A stretch of 64,000 nt of DNA from Phyllobates terribilis. Its lineage: Eukaryota. Location: NCBI RefSeq assembly GCF_046119375.1, contig NW_027362762.1, forward strand, positions 41,478,001-41,542,000, read 5' to 3'. Shown one piece after another: positions 52,401 through 64,000 of this stretch. The translations under genes were made by a program, and so were the position numbers. Within the stretch, counting starts at the first letter, position 1. Each line of letters starts with the position of its first letter. The notes beneath the pieces are model-generated. The model worked only from the letters and a program-made list of their open reading frames with translations, was not told where the DNA came from and did no database searches.

Positions 52401-55400
52401 CCACACACACAGACTGCTCTCCCCACACACAGACTGCTCTCCCACACACACACAGACTGCTCTCCCACACACACACAGACTGCTCTCCTCACACACACAG
52501 ACTGCTCCCCCCACACACAGACTGCCCCCCCACACACAGACTGCCCCCCCCACACACAGACTGCTCTCCCACACACACAGACTGCTCTCCCCACACACAG
52601 ACTGCTCCCCCACACACACAGACTGCTCTCCCACACACACAGACTGCTCTCCCACACACACAGACTGCTCCCCCCCACACACAGACTGCTCCCCCCACAC
52701 ACAGACTGCTCCCCCCACACACAGACTGCTCTCCCACACACACAGACTGCTCCCCCCCACACAGACTGCTCTCCCACACACACAGACTGCTCCCCCCACA
52801 CACAGACTGCTCTCCCACACACAGACTGCTCTCCCACACACAGACTGCTCTCCCACACACAGACTGCTCTCCCACACACACAGACTGCTCTCCCCCACAC
52901 ACACAGACTGCTCTCCACCACACACACAGACTGCTCTCCCCACACACAGACTGCTCCCCCACACACACAGACTGCTCTCCCACACACACACAGACTGCTC
53001 TCCTCACACACACACAGACTGCTCTCCTCACACACACAGACTGCTCCCCCCACACACAGACTGCCCCCCCACACACAGACTGCCCCCCCCACACACAGAC
53101 TGCTCTCCCACACACACAGACTGCTCTCCCACACACACAGACTGCTCCCCCCACACACAGACTGCTCCCCCCACACACAGACTGCTCCCCCCACACACAG
53201 ACTGCCCCCCACACACAGACTGCCCCCCACACACACAGACTGCTCTCCCACACACACAGACTGCTCTCCCACACACACAGACTGCTCCCCCCCACACACA
53301 GACTGCTCCCCCCACACACAGACTGCTCTCCCACACACACAGACTGCTCCCCCCCACACAGACTGCTCCCCCTACACAGACTGCTCTCCCACACACACAG
53401 ACTGCTCCCCCCACACACAGACTGCTCTCCCACACACACACTGCTCTCCCACACACACAGACTGCTCCCCCCACACACAGACTGCTCTCCCACACACACA
53501 GACTGCTCTCCCACACACACAGACTGCTCCACCACACACACAGACTGCTCCACCACACACACAGACTGCTCTCCCACACACACACAGACTGCTCCCCCAC
53601 ACACAGACTGCTCTCCCCCACACACACAGACTGCTCTCCCACACACACAGACTGCTCTCCCACACACAGACTGCTCCCCCCACACACAGACTGCTCCCCC
53701 CACACACAGACTGCTCTCCCACACACACAGACTGCCCCCCCACACACAGACTGCCCCCCCACACACACAGACTGCTCCCCCACACACACACAGACTGCTC
53801 TCCCCCACACACACACAGACTGCTCTCCCCCACACACAGACTGCTCTCCCCACACACACAGACTGCTCCCCCACACACAGACTGCTCTCCCCCACACACA
53901 CAGACTGCTCCCCCCACACACACAGACTGCTCCCCCCACACACACAGACTGCTCCCCCCACACACACAGACTGCTCCCCCCACACACACAGACTGCTCTC
54001 CCACACACACAGACTGCTCCCCCACACACACAGACTGCTCTCCCCCACACACACAGACTGCTCCCCCCACACACACAGACTGCTCCCTCCACACACAGAC
54101 TACTCTCCCCCACACACACAGACTGCTCTCCCCCACACACACAGACTGCTCTCCCCACACACACACAGACTGCTCCCCCCACACACACAGACTGCTCCCC
54201 CCACACACACAGACTGCTCCCCCCACACACACAGACTGCTCCCTCCACACACAGACTACTCTCCCCCACACACACAGACTGCTCTCCCCACACACACACA
54301 GACTGCTCTCCCCACACACACACAGACTGCTCCCCCCACACACACAGACTGCTCTCCCCACACACACAGACTGCTCTCCCCACACACAGACTGCTCTCCC
54401 CCACACACACAGACTGCTCTCCCCCACACACAGACTGCTCTCCCCCACACACACACAGACTGCTCTCCCCACACACAGACTGCTCTCCCCCACACACACA
54501 GACTGCTCTCCCCCACACACACACAGACTGCTCTCCCCACACACAGACTGCTCTCCCCCACACACACAGACTGCTCTCCCCCACACACACACAGACTGCT
54601 CTCCCCACACACAGACTGCTCTCCCCACACACAGACTGCTCTCCCCCACACACACAGACTGCTCCCCCTCACACACAGACTGCTCCCCCTCACACACAGA
54701 CTGCTCCCCCTCACACACAGACTGCTCCCCCTCACACACAGACTGCTCCCCCTCACACACAGACTGCTCCCCCACACACACAGACTGCTCCCCACACACA
54801 CAGACTGCTCCCCCACACACACAGACTGCTCCCCCACACACACAGACTGCTCCCCCACACACAGACTGCTCCCCCACACACACAGACTGCTCCCCCACAC
54901 ACACAGACTGCTCCCCCCACACACAGACTGCTCCCCCCCACACACAGACTGCTCCCCCCCACACACAGACTGCTCCCCCACACACACAGACTGCTCCCCC
55001 CACACACAGACTGCTCCCCCCCACACACAGACTGCTCCCCCTCACACATAGACTGCTCCCCCACACAGACTGCTCCCCCACACACACAGACTGCTCCCCC
55101 CACACACACAGACTGCTCCCCCCACACACACAGACTGCTCTCCCCACACACACAGACTGCTCCCCTCACACACACAGACTGCTCCCCCCACACACACAGA
55201 CTGCTCCCCCCCACACACAGACTGCTCCCCCCCACACAGACTGCTCCCCCACACACACAGACTGCTCCCCCTCACACACAGACTGCTCCCCCACACACAC
55301 AGACTGCTCCCCCCACACACAGACTGCTCCCCCCACACACAGACTGCTCCCCCCCACACACAGACTGCTCCCCCACACACAAAGACTGCTCCCCCACACA

Positions 55401-56139
55401 CACAGACTGCTTCCCCCACACACAGACTGCTCCCCCCCACACACAGACTGCTCCCCCCACACACAGACTGCTCCCCCACACACACAGACTGCTCCCCCAC
55501 ACACACAGACTGCTCCCCCCACACACAGACTGCTCCCCCCCACACACAGACTGCTCCCCCTCACACACAGACTGCTCCCCCTCACACACAGACTGCTCCC
55601 CCTCACACACAGACTGATCCCCCTCACACACAGACTGCTCCCCCTCACACACAGACTGCTCCCCCCACACACACAAACTGACCCTGTGCCCCCTCTCTTA
55701 CAAAGAAGGATCCGTATACCCGCATTCTCTCACATACTGCACCCCATACCACCTTTCACAAAAAAACTGCTGTGAATATCCCCCTCTACAGAGACGGACC
55801 CCATCATTCTCTTACTCAGACTAATCCCCATAAGGATTATCACACTTCATCTGCACTCTGCCTGATCACTAAGGGTAAAGTGTGAGGGCGCACAGGGGCA
55901 GCTGAGCTTATAGGAGAAAGTGTCAGTGGTGCTGGGGAGTGGCGCCCTCTATGACGTGATAACGGTCAGGACTGGTCCGGCCTCTGATCGCGACCTCCAC
56001 TCACCTCTCCGGTCAGCAGGAAAATGATCTCCAGCGTGAGGTTCAGGATCTTCCCGGTCACCTCGATCTTGTCCTTACTCATCATCAGAGAATGGTGCAA
56101 GAAGTCCGAGACCCGTCCGTGCTCCGTGCAGACGTGCAT
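43456..56139 (-). CDS. ZF-B: anuran FAX/KRAB-A-like C2H2 zinc-finger protein, 6 fingers, 581 aa
   Basis: Exons on the minus strand: 56139-56005 (…[16 protein letters not shown]), 46375-46187 (DFVLRKRQ…), 46099-45976 ([27 protein letters not shown]), 45889-45785, 45449-45349, 45129-45060 (CKEED), 44813-44725, 44535-44466 (CKEEP) and 44318-43456 (6 C2H2 fingers). Total 1746 nt, all GT-AG, with no internal stop. Confidence 0.9.
46439..49328. repeat. 30-bp minisatellite, about 96 copies, in the intron after ZF-B coding exon 1
   Basis: Unit atatctacatcc(g/t)gccgccactgatcctca, with occasional 12-bp insert variants. Confidence 0.97.
49329..55680. repeat. 6.3-kb CA/C-rich satellite with a 22-30-bp variable unit, in the same ZF-B intron
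   Basis: Unit cagactgct(ct)Cn(ac)n. The minus strand is G-run and GT rich. Confidence 0.97.
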
Positions 56140-56156
56140 GATCCCGAGACGAGGGC

Positions 56157-57775
56157 GGATCTGTGGATGACGCGCTGTTATGGGGGATCTGTGGATGACG
56201 CACTGTTATGGGGGATCTGTGGATGACGCGCTGTTATGGGGGATCTGTGGAGGACGCTCTGTTATGGGGGATCTGTGGAGGACGCGCTGTTATGGGGGAT
56301 CTGTGGAGGACGCTCTGTTATGGGGGATCTGTGGAGGACGCGCTGTAATGGGGGATCTGTGGAGGACGCTCTGTTATGGGGGATCTGTGGAGGACGCTCT
56401 GTTATGGGGGATCTGTGGAGGACGCGCTGTTATGGGGGATCTGTGGATGACGCGCTGTAATGGGAGATCTGTGGATGACACGCTGTAATGGGGGATCTGT
56501 GGATGACACGCTGTAATGGGGGATCTGTGGATGACACGCTGTAATGGGGGATCTGTGGATGACACGCTGTAATGGGGGATCTGTGGATGACACGCTGTAA
56601 TGGGGGATCTGTGGATGACACGCCGTTATGGGGGATCTGTGGATGACACGCTGTTATGGGGGATCTGTGGATGACGCGCTGTTATGGGGGATCTGTGTAT
56701 GACGCGCTGTTATGGGGGATCTGTGGATGACACGCAGTTATGGGGGATCTGTGGATGACGCGCTGTTATGGGGGATCTGTGGATGACGCGCTGTTATGGG
56801 GGATCTGTGGATGACGCATTGTTATGGGGGATCTGTGGATGACGCGCTGTTATGATGGATCTGTGGATGATGCTCTGTTATGGGGGATCTGTGGATGACG
56901 CGCTGTTATGGGAGATCTGTGGATGACGCGCTGTTATGGGGGATCTGTGGATGACACGCTGTTATGGGAGATCTGTGGATGATGCACTGTTATGGGGGAT
57001 CTGTGGATGACACGCTGTTATGGGAGATCTGTGGATGATGCGCTGCTATGGGGGATCTGTGGATGACGCTGTTATGGGGGATCTGTGGATGACGCTGTTA
57101 TGGGGATCTGTGGATGACGCGCTGTTATGGGAGATCTGTGGATGGCGCGCTGTTATGGGAGATCTGTGGATGGCGCGCTGTTATGGGGGATCAGTGGATG
57201 ACGCTGTTATGGGGGATCGGTGGATGACGCGCTGTTATGGGGGATCTGTGGATGGCGCGCTGTTATGGGGGATCTGTGGATGACGCACTGTTATGGGGAT
57301 CTGTGGATGACGCACTGTTATGGGGGATCTGTGGATAACGCACTGTTATGGGGATCTGTGGATGACGCACTGTTATGGGGATCTGTGGATGACGCGCTGT
57401 AATGGGGGATCTGTGGATGACGCACTGTTATGGGGGATCTGTGGATGACGCACTGTTATGGGGGATCTGTGGATGACGCGCTGTTATGGGGGATCTGTGG
57501 ACGACGCGCTGTTATGGGGATCTGTGGATGACGCACTGTTATGGGGGATCTGTGGATGACGCGCTGTTATGGGGGATCTGTGGGTGACGCGCTGTTATGG
57601 GAGATCTGTGGATGACGCGCTGTTATGGGGGATCTGTGGATGGCGCGCTGTTATGGGGGATCTGTGGATGACGCGCTGTTATGGGGGATCTGTGGATGAC
57701 GCTGTTATGGAGGATCTGTGGATGACGCGCTGTTATGGGGGATCTGTGGATGACGCGCTGTTATGGGGATCTGTG
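56157..57775. repeat. 28-bp minisatellite, about 58 copies, filling the 5'-UTR intron of ZF-B
   Basis: Unit gatctgtggatgacgcgctgttatgggg. The last unit supplies the acceptor catccacag|ATCC at 56161/56160. Confidence 0.97.
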
Positions 57776-57856
57776 AGACCTCACATACACAGGACTGTAA
57801 CCCACCAACAAGATGGTGTCCGGCCTCCGCCTTACGCTCACAGCGGCGACACTTAC

Positions 57857-58164
57857 CGGCCGAGCTCCAGAAACACAGGAGAATAAAGACGGCGGTAAAA
57901 GAAGCAGAGGAAGCGGCCGGAGAGCAGCACGGAGGGCACGGGCGGAGCCTGCAGGACGGCAGCGGCCGTTGTGTCATGTGACCCTCGCGTCATCACTCAG
58001 CGACACAGCGTTCTGCCGTACGAGTGTCTATTGGTTGTGGGTTTTCGGAGTTTGACCTCTAGTGTCGGGACTGTAGAGTGCTGACGTCATCAGACTGCGC
58101 CCGTGTATCGTGAAAGTGCTGTATGTGCCCCTGTGTTGTGTGTGCGGAGCTGTGTCTGTGTGTG
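57857..58164. promoter_or_regulatory. Bidirectional CpG-rich promoter and candidate non-coding first exons of ZF-B (-) and coa6 (+)
   Basis: Minus-strand donor CCG|GTAAGT at 57857/57856. Plus-strand donor GTG|GTAAGG at 58164/58165. Between them: GTCATGTGAC (about 57972-57981), a CCAAT box (ATTGG 58030-58034) and a full CRE TGACGTCA (58082-58089). Confidence 0.6.
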
Positions 58165-60359
58165 GTAAGGGACCGCCTGCTCGTAGTTGGGGGTCAGGGG
58201 GGACACACTCAGTGGGGGAGGGGAGGCTGGTATTTGACTTTCTGCCTTTTGACGTCTGTTGAGTCTTGGTGGGGGTTGAATTTTTTGGGTTTTAAATCTT
58301 AAAGCCTGCTATACGAAGCCTCTACCTGCACTTAAAGGGAATATCCATATTGCACCCACGTGCTCAGATTGCGAGGTGGAGCAGCAGGAAAACGGAGCCA
58401 ATGTCACCGCTGATCACTTGGGACTTTATATTGTCTCCTCGCCCTTAAAGGGGTTGTACGGGATTGGAGAAAACATGGCTTCTTCCTTCCAGAAACCGCG
58501 TCACACCTGCTTTCTGAAGTTTATTGAGCTAAGCCTCAGTACTGCACATATCCATGGATCGAAAGAAAGTAGCTTTTTTTTTTTTGGACAACCCCTTTAA
58601 GTCCTTGGCGGCATGGGCTATATATACATTATACATATATACAGCTGTCTGTGAAGGTGCAGGTGTATATTACAGGATCAGAGATTATTTTGAGCTCCAC
58701 AGTTTAACCGTTTAGCTGCTGCATTCAATAGCATCCCTGGCATGTAAGCGGTTAATCGGAGAGATCCAAGGGGCATGGGGGGGGGGGTCTGATAATGGCC
58801 GGCAGGTCTCCTGTATGTGTACAGGTATCAGGCCCGGCTGAGTAATGGAAGGATCGCAGCGTATTATAGAAGTAATTAAAGGGTTATTCCCCAAATCCAA
58901 GGTTATGCCCTTTCCATATGATGTAATTATCACCTGTGCAATACAAAGAAAATCCTGAAAACATGACCTGTTGGTGGCTCCTGAGGACTGGAGTTGGGTA
59001 ACACTGGTCTACAGGACAACCCGAGAAAGCACAACTATCCCCAGCAGTCCCGTGTATAATTAATGGAGCGGAGGTCAAACATGTTCAACTCTAGACCGAG
59101 CCCTGCAGACCCCTGATTTTGGGATCACTGGGGGTCCCAGCAGTTGAACCCCCCCCCAGATGTAAGTAAGTTATTCCCTATCCTACAGAATGCTGAAAAC
59201 TTGAAATTCCGGAAATTAAATCTAAATGAAAAGTAATAGAAAAACATTTGAAAAATGCAGCAATCAACAACAACAACACGCAAGGAAAAATGGTGGAATG
59301 ATGGAAGTCATAGGATGGAGACGTCACTGATCTGCAAACGATGGAAAATGGAATCCTGACACCTCCGGGCTCAGGTGCCATCACCGAGATTATTAATGGT
59401 AGTCTGAGGAAGGTTCTGCCTCTAAATGTACAAATCATCAAGATCCGCTGCTGGAAGCTCGTGTGTGATCACCGACCAATGACGTCCCCAATGTGCTTGA
59501 TGGGAGCCAAGTCTGGAGACTCTGCAGCCACGGGAGCAGGATTAGACCACATAGGTGGCTCACAGTAGCACCAGGAACATGTGTCTTGTGGAGAAACAGA
59601 TACTTTGGAGATATGGCTGCACCGCTGGCTCCACCACCAGATCAATGTAGCACCGAGCTGTTAGTGCACCGGGAATGGAGACTAGAGGGGTCCGACTTAT
59701 AATTTCATGTATTGAGGAGTTTTTTAGAAAAAAAAATACCAACCTTTTTTCCCCATTTATAAAATGCTATATATATAATGTGTGTGCGCATGTACTCTAT
59801 ATCTCTATATGGAATGTCACAACTGTAAGATTATCGCGGTATTTAATCTTCGCAGAGAATGGCATAATGTAAAACAATATTGAAGCAGCATACGGTAGTT
59901 GTAGTTTATTCTTTTTTTTTAATGGAATAAAGATGATCAAAAAAGTCGCATACACCCCAAATATCACCGTCTCGTCCCGAGCAATCATGCAGCCATTAAA
60001 TATATTTATCACTTACTACCAAAAAAAAAAAGTGGTGGAAAATGAAATAAAGGTGGTGAAAACCCCCAAATATCATCATCCTAAATCACCAGCAGCAGTG
60101 CTGCGCTCCGACCGGTGCTGTTGGGTATTAATGGCCCCTCGTACTGGGATTTATTGGGGTCCTAATTCCCCCCCACCAGTGTAACCCTGTCGCTTGTCCT
60201 CCAGTTTTGGGTTTACGTCTTCCTAATAAACTTTCTTTCCTTACAAGTTTCAGGATCTCCTCCTGCCGTCAGTGAATGTGATCATTATTATAGTATTTTA
60301 TTAAGCCGCCACTTTTGTCCCTATGACGTCATATTTTTTCCCCCCATTGCAGTGATGAG

Positions 60360-63069
60360 ATGACGGCGCCCTCCGCTCAGGAAAGAAAAGCCTGCTGGGA
60401 TGCCAGGGACAAGTACTGGCAGTGTCTGCAGGACCATAAAGAGGATGCAGAACAATGTCAGCAATTTAGGCAAGGCTTTGAAGGCCTCTGTCCCCGACAG
60501 TGGGTACGTAATGTTATTACAGGGTTTCCTCGGATTTTATGGACATCGGTGCTAAAATCCATACATGTGTTGTCTAGTAGTAGTGCCGCCCCACTGCTTT
60601 GGACTCAGCAGCCCCAGTACTGTCGGTCCAGGCTTTGGATCCTGTGGCCCCAGTAGCGCAATGCGCTGCTTTGGCCATATGTTTTCCTACTGCATTGCTT
60701 CCGGCTGAGTGGCCCCTTTGCTTTTTTTTGGGGCTCAACAGTCCTTGTAATACCGGCACTGTTGCTCTTCGCCTATAGTCCCAGTATTCGGGCCCTGCTG
60801 CTTTGCTTTGTGGCCCTGTCAGTAGTGCAGCCTCACACCGTGGGCCTGTAACAAATAACTTTTTAATGTTCCGTAATTTTGTAAATCTTATCTATTTATG
60901 TCATCTTTATCCGGGGTTATGCTTTAAACTCCAGTCACATCCAGATCTGCATTTACAAGTTTACTTGTTTCTTTTTTTTTAAATCCTTGCTCTTTGCTGT
61001 TTAGTTGTGGTCCTAAGGCCAGGGTTTCTCAGCTATGGTAAAATGTGTGATGTCATCAGATCAATGTGATGTCATATGTTACACACATGGTAACTGTAAG
61101 CCGTCATTAAATGTACAACCCCCAATTCCCCAAAAAGTTGTGATGTTGTGTAAAATGTAAAGAAAACAAGAATGTAATGATTTGGAAATCTCTTTATCGC
61201 CATATTTTGTTCACAGTAGAACAGGTCAGAAGTTGAACATTGGCCATTTTTCCATTTCATTTGAAAAGATTTAGACATTTATGGCAGCGACAAAGCTCAA
61301 AAAGGTTGGGAAAGGGTTAACAAAAGGCTGGAAAAGTAAGTGGTACTAGGAAAAACAGCCGGAGGGTCAGTGATCAACTAAGTCACATGACTGTATAAAG
61401 AATGTGTTAGGCAGAGTCTCTCAGCAGCAAAGATGGTCGGAGGTCACTAATCTGACCTGCACCTAAAAATTGTGGAACAATTTCAGAAAAATGTTCCACA
61501 ACGTAAAATTGCAAAGAGTTTGAATATTCCACCTTCTATAGGACATAATGTCATCAAGAGATTCTGGAGAAATCCATGTGCACAAGGGACGAGGCTGACG
61601 GTCCAGACTGGAGGCTGGTGATATCTGTGCTCTAATGCGGCTGCATTAACAATAAACAGGATTCAGGGAGCTCAGGAATAAGATCACTGCAGGGGTTCAG
61701 GATTAATCCAGAAATCATTGTCTGTGATCACAGTTCTCCGTACAATTGACAAATGCAAGTTACAGTTCTATCATGCAGAGAAGAAGCCTTAAATCATCAC
61801 AATCCAGCAACACTGCCGTCTTCTCTGGGCCAAAGCTCATTTATAATGCATGGAGGCAAAATGGAATCTGTTCTGTGGTCAGATGAATTAAAATGTGAAT
61901 TCTTTATGGAGACCCCGGATGCCATTTCATGAAGACTCAGAAGGAGAAGGACCGTGCAGCTCATTATCGGGGAGAGGGACCGTGAAGCTCGTTATCGGGG
62001 AGAGGGACCGTCCAGCTCGTTATCGGGGAGAGGGACCGTCCAGCTCGTTATCGGGGAGAGGGACCGTCCAGCTCGTTATCGGGGTGACGGACCTTCCAGC
62101 TCGTTATCGGGGTGACGGACCGTCCAGCTCGTTATCGGGGAGAGGGACCGTCCAGCTCGTTATCGGGGAGAGGGACCGTCCCAGCTCGTTATCAACTCTG
62201 ATGTATGGGGAGCATTAGTGTCGATGGCAGGGCAGCGCACACATGAGAGGCACCATCAATGCTGAGTCTTGTGATAGAACATCTGCTCCATCCAGACGTC
62301 TATTTCAAGGAAGACCTTGTATATTTCAGCAAGACAATGATAAACCCCATCCTGCCTCCATCACAACAGCGCGGCTCTGCAGGAGAAGAGTCCAGGGATG
62401 ACCGGACAGTCCGGACATATCTCCAACAGAAAACATTTGGAGCATTATGAAAGGAAAAATATGTCAACGACCCTGAATTGTGGAGCAGCGAGAATCCGAC
62501 ATCAGAAGAGAACGGGAGAATCTTCCTCTCACCAAACTCCAGTGATTGTCTTCTCACTTCCTCTACATTTACAGACTGGAGTACAGAGAAGAGGGGACGC
62601 AGCACAATGGGGTGACACGACCTCGGCACAAATGGGGGGGACACGGCCCAGGCACAACTGTTCTGAGATTTGTTGCTGCCATCAATTTCTAAATTCGTTT
62701 TTTTTCAGATGAAATAGAAAAATGTCCAACGTTCAACTTCTGATCTGTTCTTTGTTCTGCTGCTAATAAAACATGGAGATAAGAGATTTCCAATCATTCT
62801 CTTCTTTACATTTTACAGCGTCCCAACGTTTTCGGCATTTGGGGTTGTAGTTGTAGAGTGCTGTGCATGAATGGATCTCTGCTTTTGGATGCAGCTTTGG
62901 ATGTGACTGGAGGACAAGACCTGATTGGTTGTGTGAGGATTGCACTGATTTTCTGATTCCTTCCCTGCAGATCAAATACTTTGATAAGAGAAGAGATTAC
63001 CTAAAATTCAAAGAACAACTGGAAAGGAAAGGAGGATTCGAGCCTGCAAAATCCTCGGAGAACACGTAG
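60360..63069 (+). CDS. coa6: Cytochrome c oxidase assembly factor 6, 2 coding exons, 80 aa
   Basis: Exons 60360-60503 (MTAPSAQERKACWDARDKYWQCLQDHKEDAEQCQQFRQGFEGLCPRQW, CX9C and CX10C) and 62971-63069 (IKYFDKRRDYLKFKEQLERKGGFEPAKSSENT*). GT-AG, phase 0. Confidence 0.95.
61116..62847 (+). mobile_element. Degenerate Tc1-family transposon in the coa6 intron
   Basis: TA-CAACCCCCAATTCC…GGCATTTGGGGTTG-TA termini. Remnants W.SVLWSDE, ERDRPARY (cf. ERDHPACYQ), FQQDNDKPH and PDISPTENIWSIMK. Confidence 0.85.
61945..62190. repeat. 28-bp tandem repeat, about 8 copies, inside the Tc1 transposase
   Basis: Unit gctcgttatcggggagagggaccgtcca. Confidence 0.93.
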
Positions 63070-63256
63070 TGCTGGGCCTCCCGGGTGTACGGGGGGGGAG
63101 ACCTTATTAATTGATTGCAGCCATAATCATCCTGCACTCTGCACCGCGTCCTCCATTATTGTCAAGTACAATTCGTTAGTTCAGAGACCTAAGGGACTAT
63201 GGTTTGAAGAAGAAGATGGTGATCTGGCTGCTGCTGTTTTTTATGTATACACAGAA

Positions 63257-63262
63257 AATAAA
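63257..63262 (+). promoter_or_regulatory. Candidate polyadenylation signal of coa6
   Basis: AATAAA about 190 nt after the stop codon. Confidence 0.5.
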
Positions 63263-64000
63263 TCTACAATGATGATCCTGCGTCACTTCATGTTATTTAC
63301 TCCAGTCACATCCAGAGCTGCGTTCATTACCTATTCAGTTCCAATGCAACAATTCCGACATTATATTACATGTATATAGTAAAATCACATTGTCCAAGAT
63401 CGAGGCGGCAGGGGGTTCCCTCTGCACGCCAACAGCTGCCTATATACACGACATGGGTACACGGACTCCATTTTACTTCCATCACATCCAGATATTTGCT
63501 GTTTCCGGGTTTGGTCCGAGCATCCTTTAACGGTTTACTGCTGTGGTTAGTGATTGCCTGCAGCGGTCACATGTTCCCGATGTCATCTGTATTTTTTTTT
63601 ATTTAATTTTAACCCATTCAGAGCCTTTTGTAATAAATTCTATGTACTGGACAAACCCTTTTTTTCTAGAACATGGTCGAATCATCTGCCAAAACCGCTG
63701 CTGGACAAGAATAGAACTCATTGCCGGGTTCAGATCTCGACTAAAGTAAATTAACATTGTTAAAAAAAAAAAAGGTTTTAAAAATGTTAAAATATATATA
63801 AAAAATTAAAAAAAAAAATATCAATCGGCCATTTTTTTATGGTGCACAATGAACACCATAAAAGCAAAACACAAGTAATTTATTTTTTTTACTATTTCAT
63901 CCCACTTGGAATTAAGGATTGTGTGTTGCTATGGACATTAGACTTTGCTGCCCATAGCAACCAATCAGAGCACAGGATATATTTTACAAAAGCCTGGTAA

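Noticed and set aside
48923-55775. ORFs up to 1511 aa rich in Cys/Val/Gly or His/Thr/Pro (keratin-associated or metallothionein-like)
   Set aside because: Low-complexity satellite with almost no TA/TGA triplets, so all frames on both strands are open.
60504-60656. ORF-track extension of coa6 beyond PRQW (VRNVITG…)
   Set aside because: Intron read-through. The GT donor at 60504 joins in phase to the conserved IKYFDKRR exon.

Overview
Eukaryotic genomic DNA with spliceosomal introns. It is most likely an anuran (frog), inferred from FAX/KRAB-like zinc-finger genes and frog-type CR1, DIRS, Tc1 and MITE families. I reconstructed four spliced protein-coding genes by hand, in a mirror layout. dnajb13 (-, 8 exons, 316 aa) is head-to-head with FAX-type C2H2 gene ZF-A (+, about 9 coding exons, 5 fingers). 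ZF-A is tail-to-tail with a second FAX/KRAB-like gene, ZF-B (-, 9 coding exons, 581 aa, 6 fingers). ZF-B is head-to-head with coa6 (+, 2 coding exons, 80 aa). The rest is nested transposons (DIRS, RTE, CR1, solo LTR, chromovirus Gypsy, four Tc1-type copies, a TRT/DD37E-like remnant, MITEs) and 11 unrelated tandem arrays covering about 18.5 kb (about 29%). Five of the arrays are amplified pieces of transposons, and several intronic arrays are built from splice-signal-like units. The very long ORFs in the supplied track are repeat artefacts. There is a 210-N gap at 29261-29470. I recognised no rRNA, tRNA or CRISPR array. The best leads are a minisatellite made of a gene's own splice acceptor, a Cys-rich uORF in the coa6 leader, the duplicated CKEE exon module in the paired zinc-finger genes, and the local burst of transposon-derived minisatellites.
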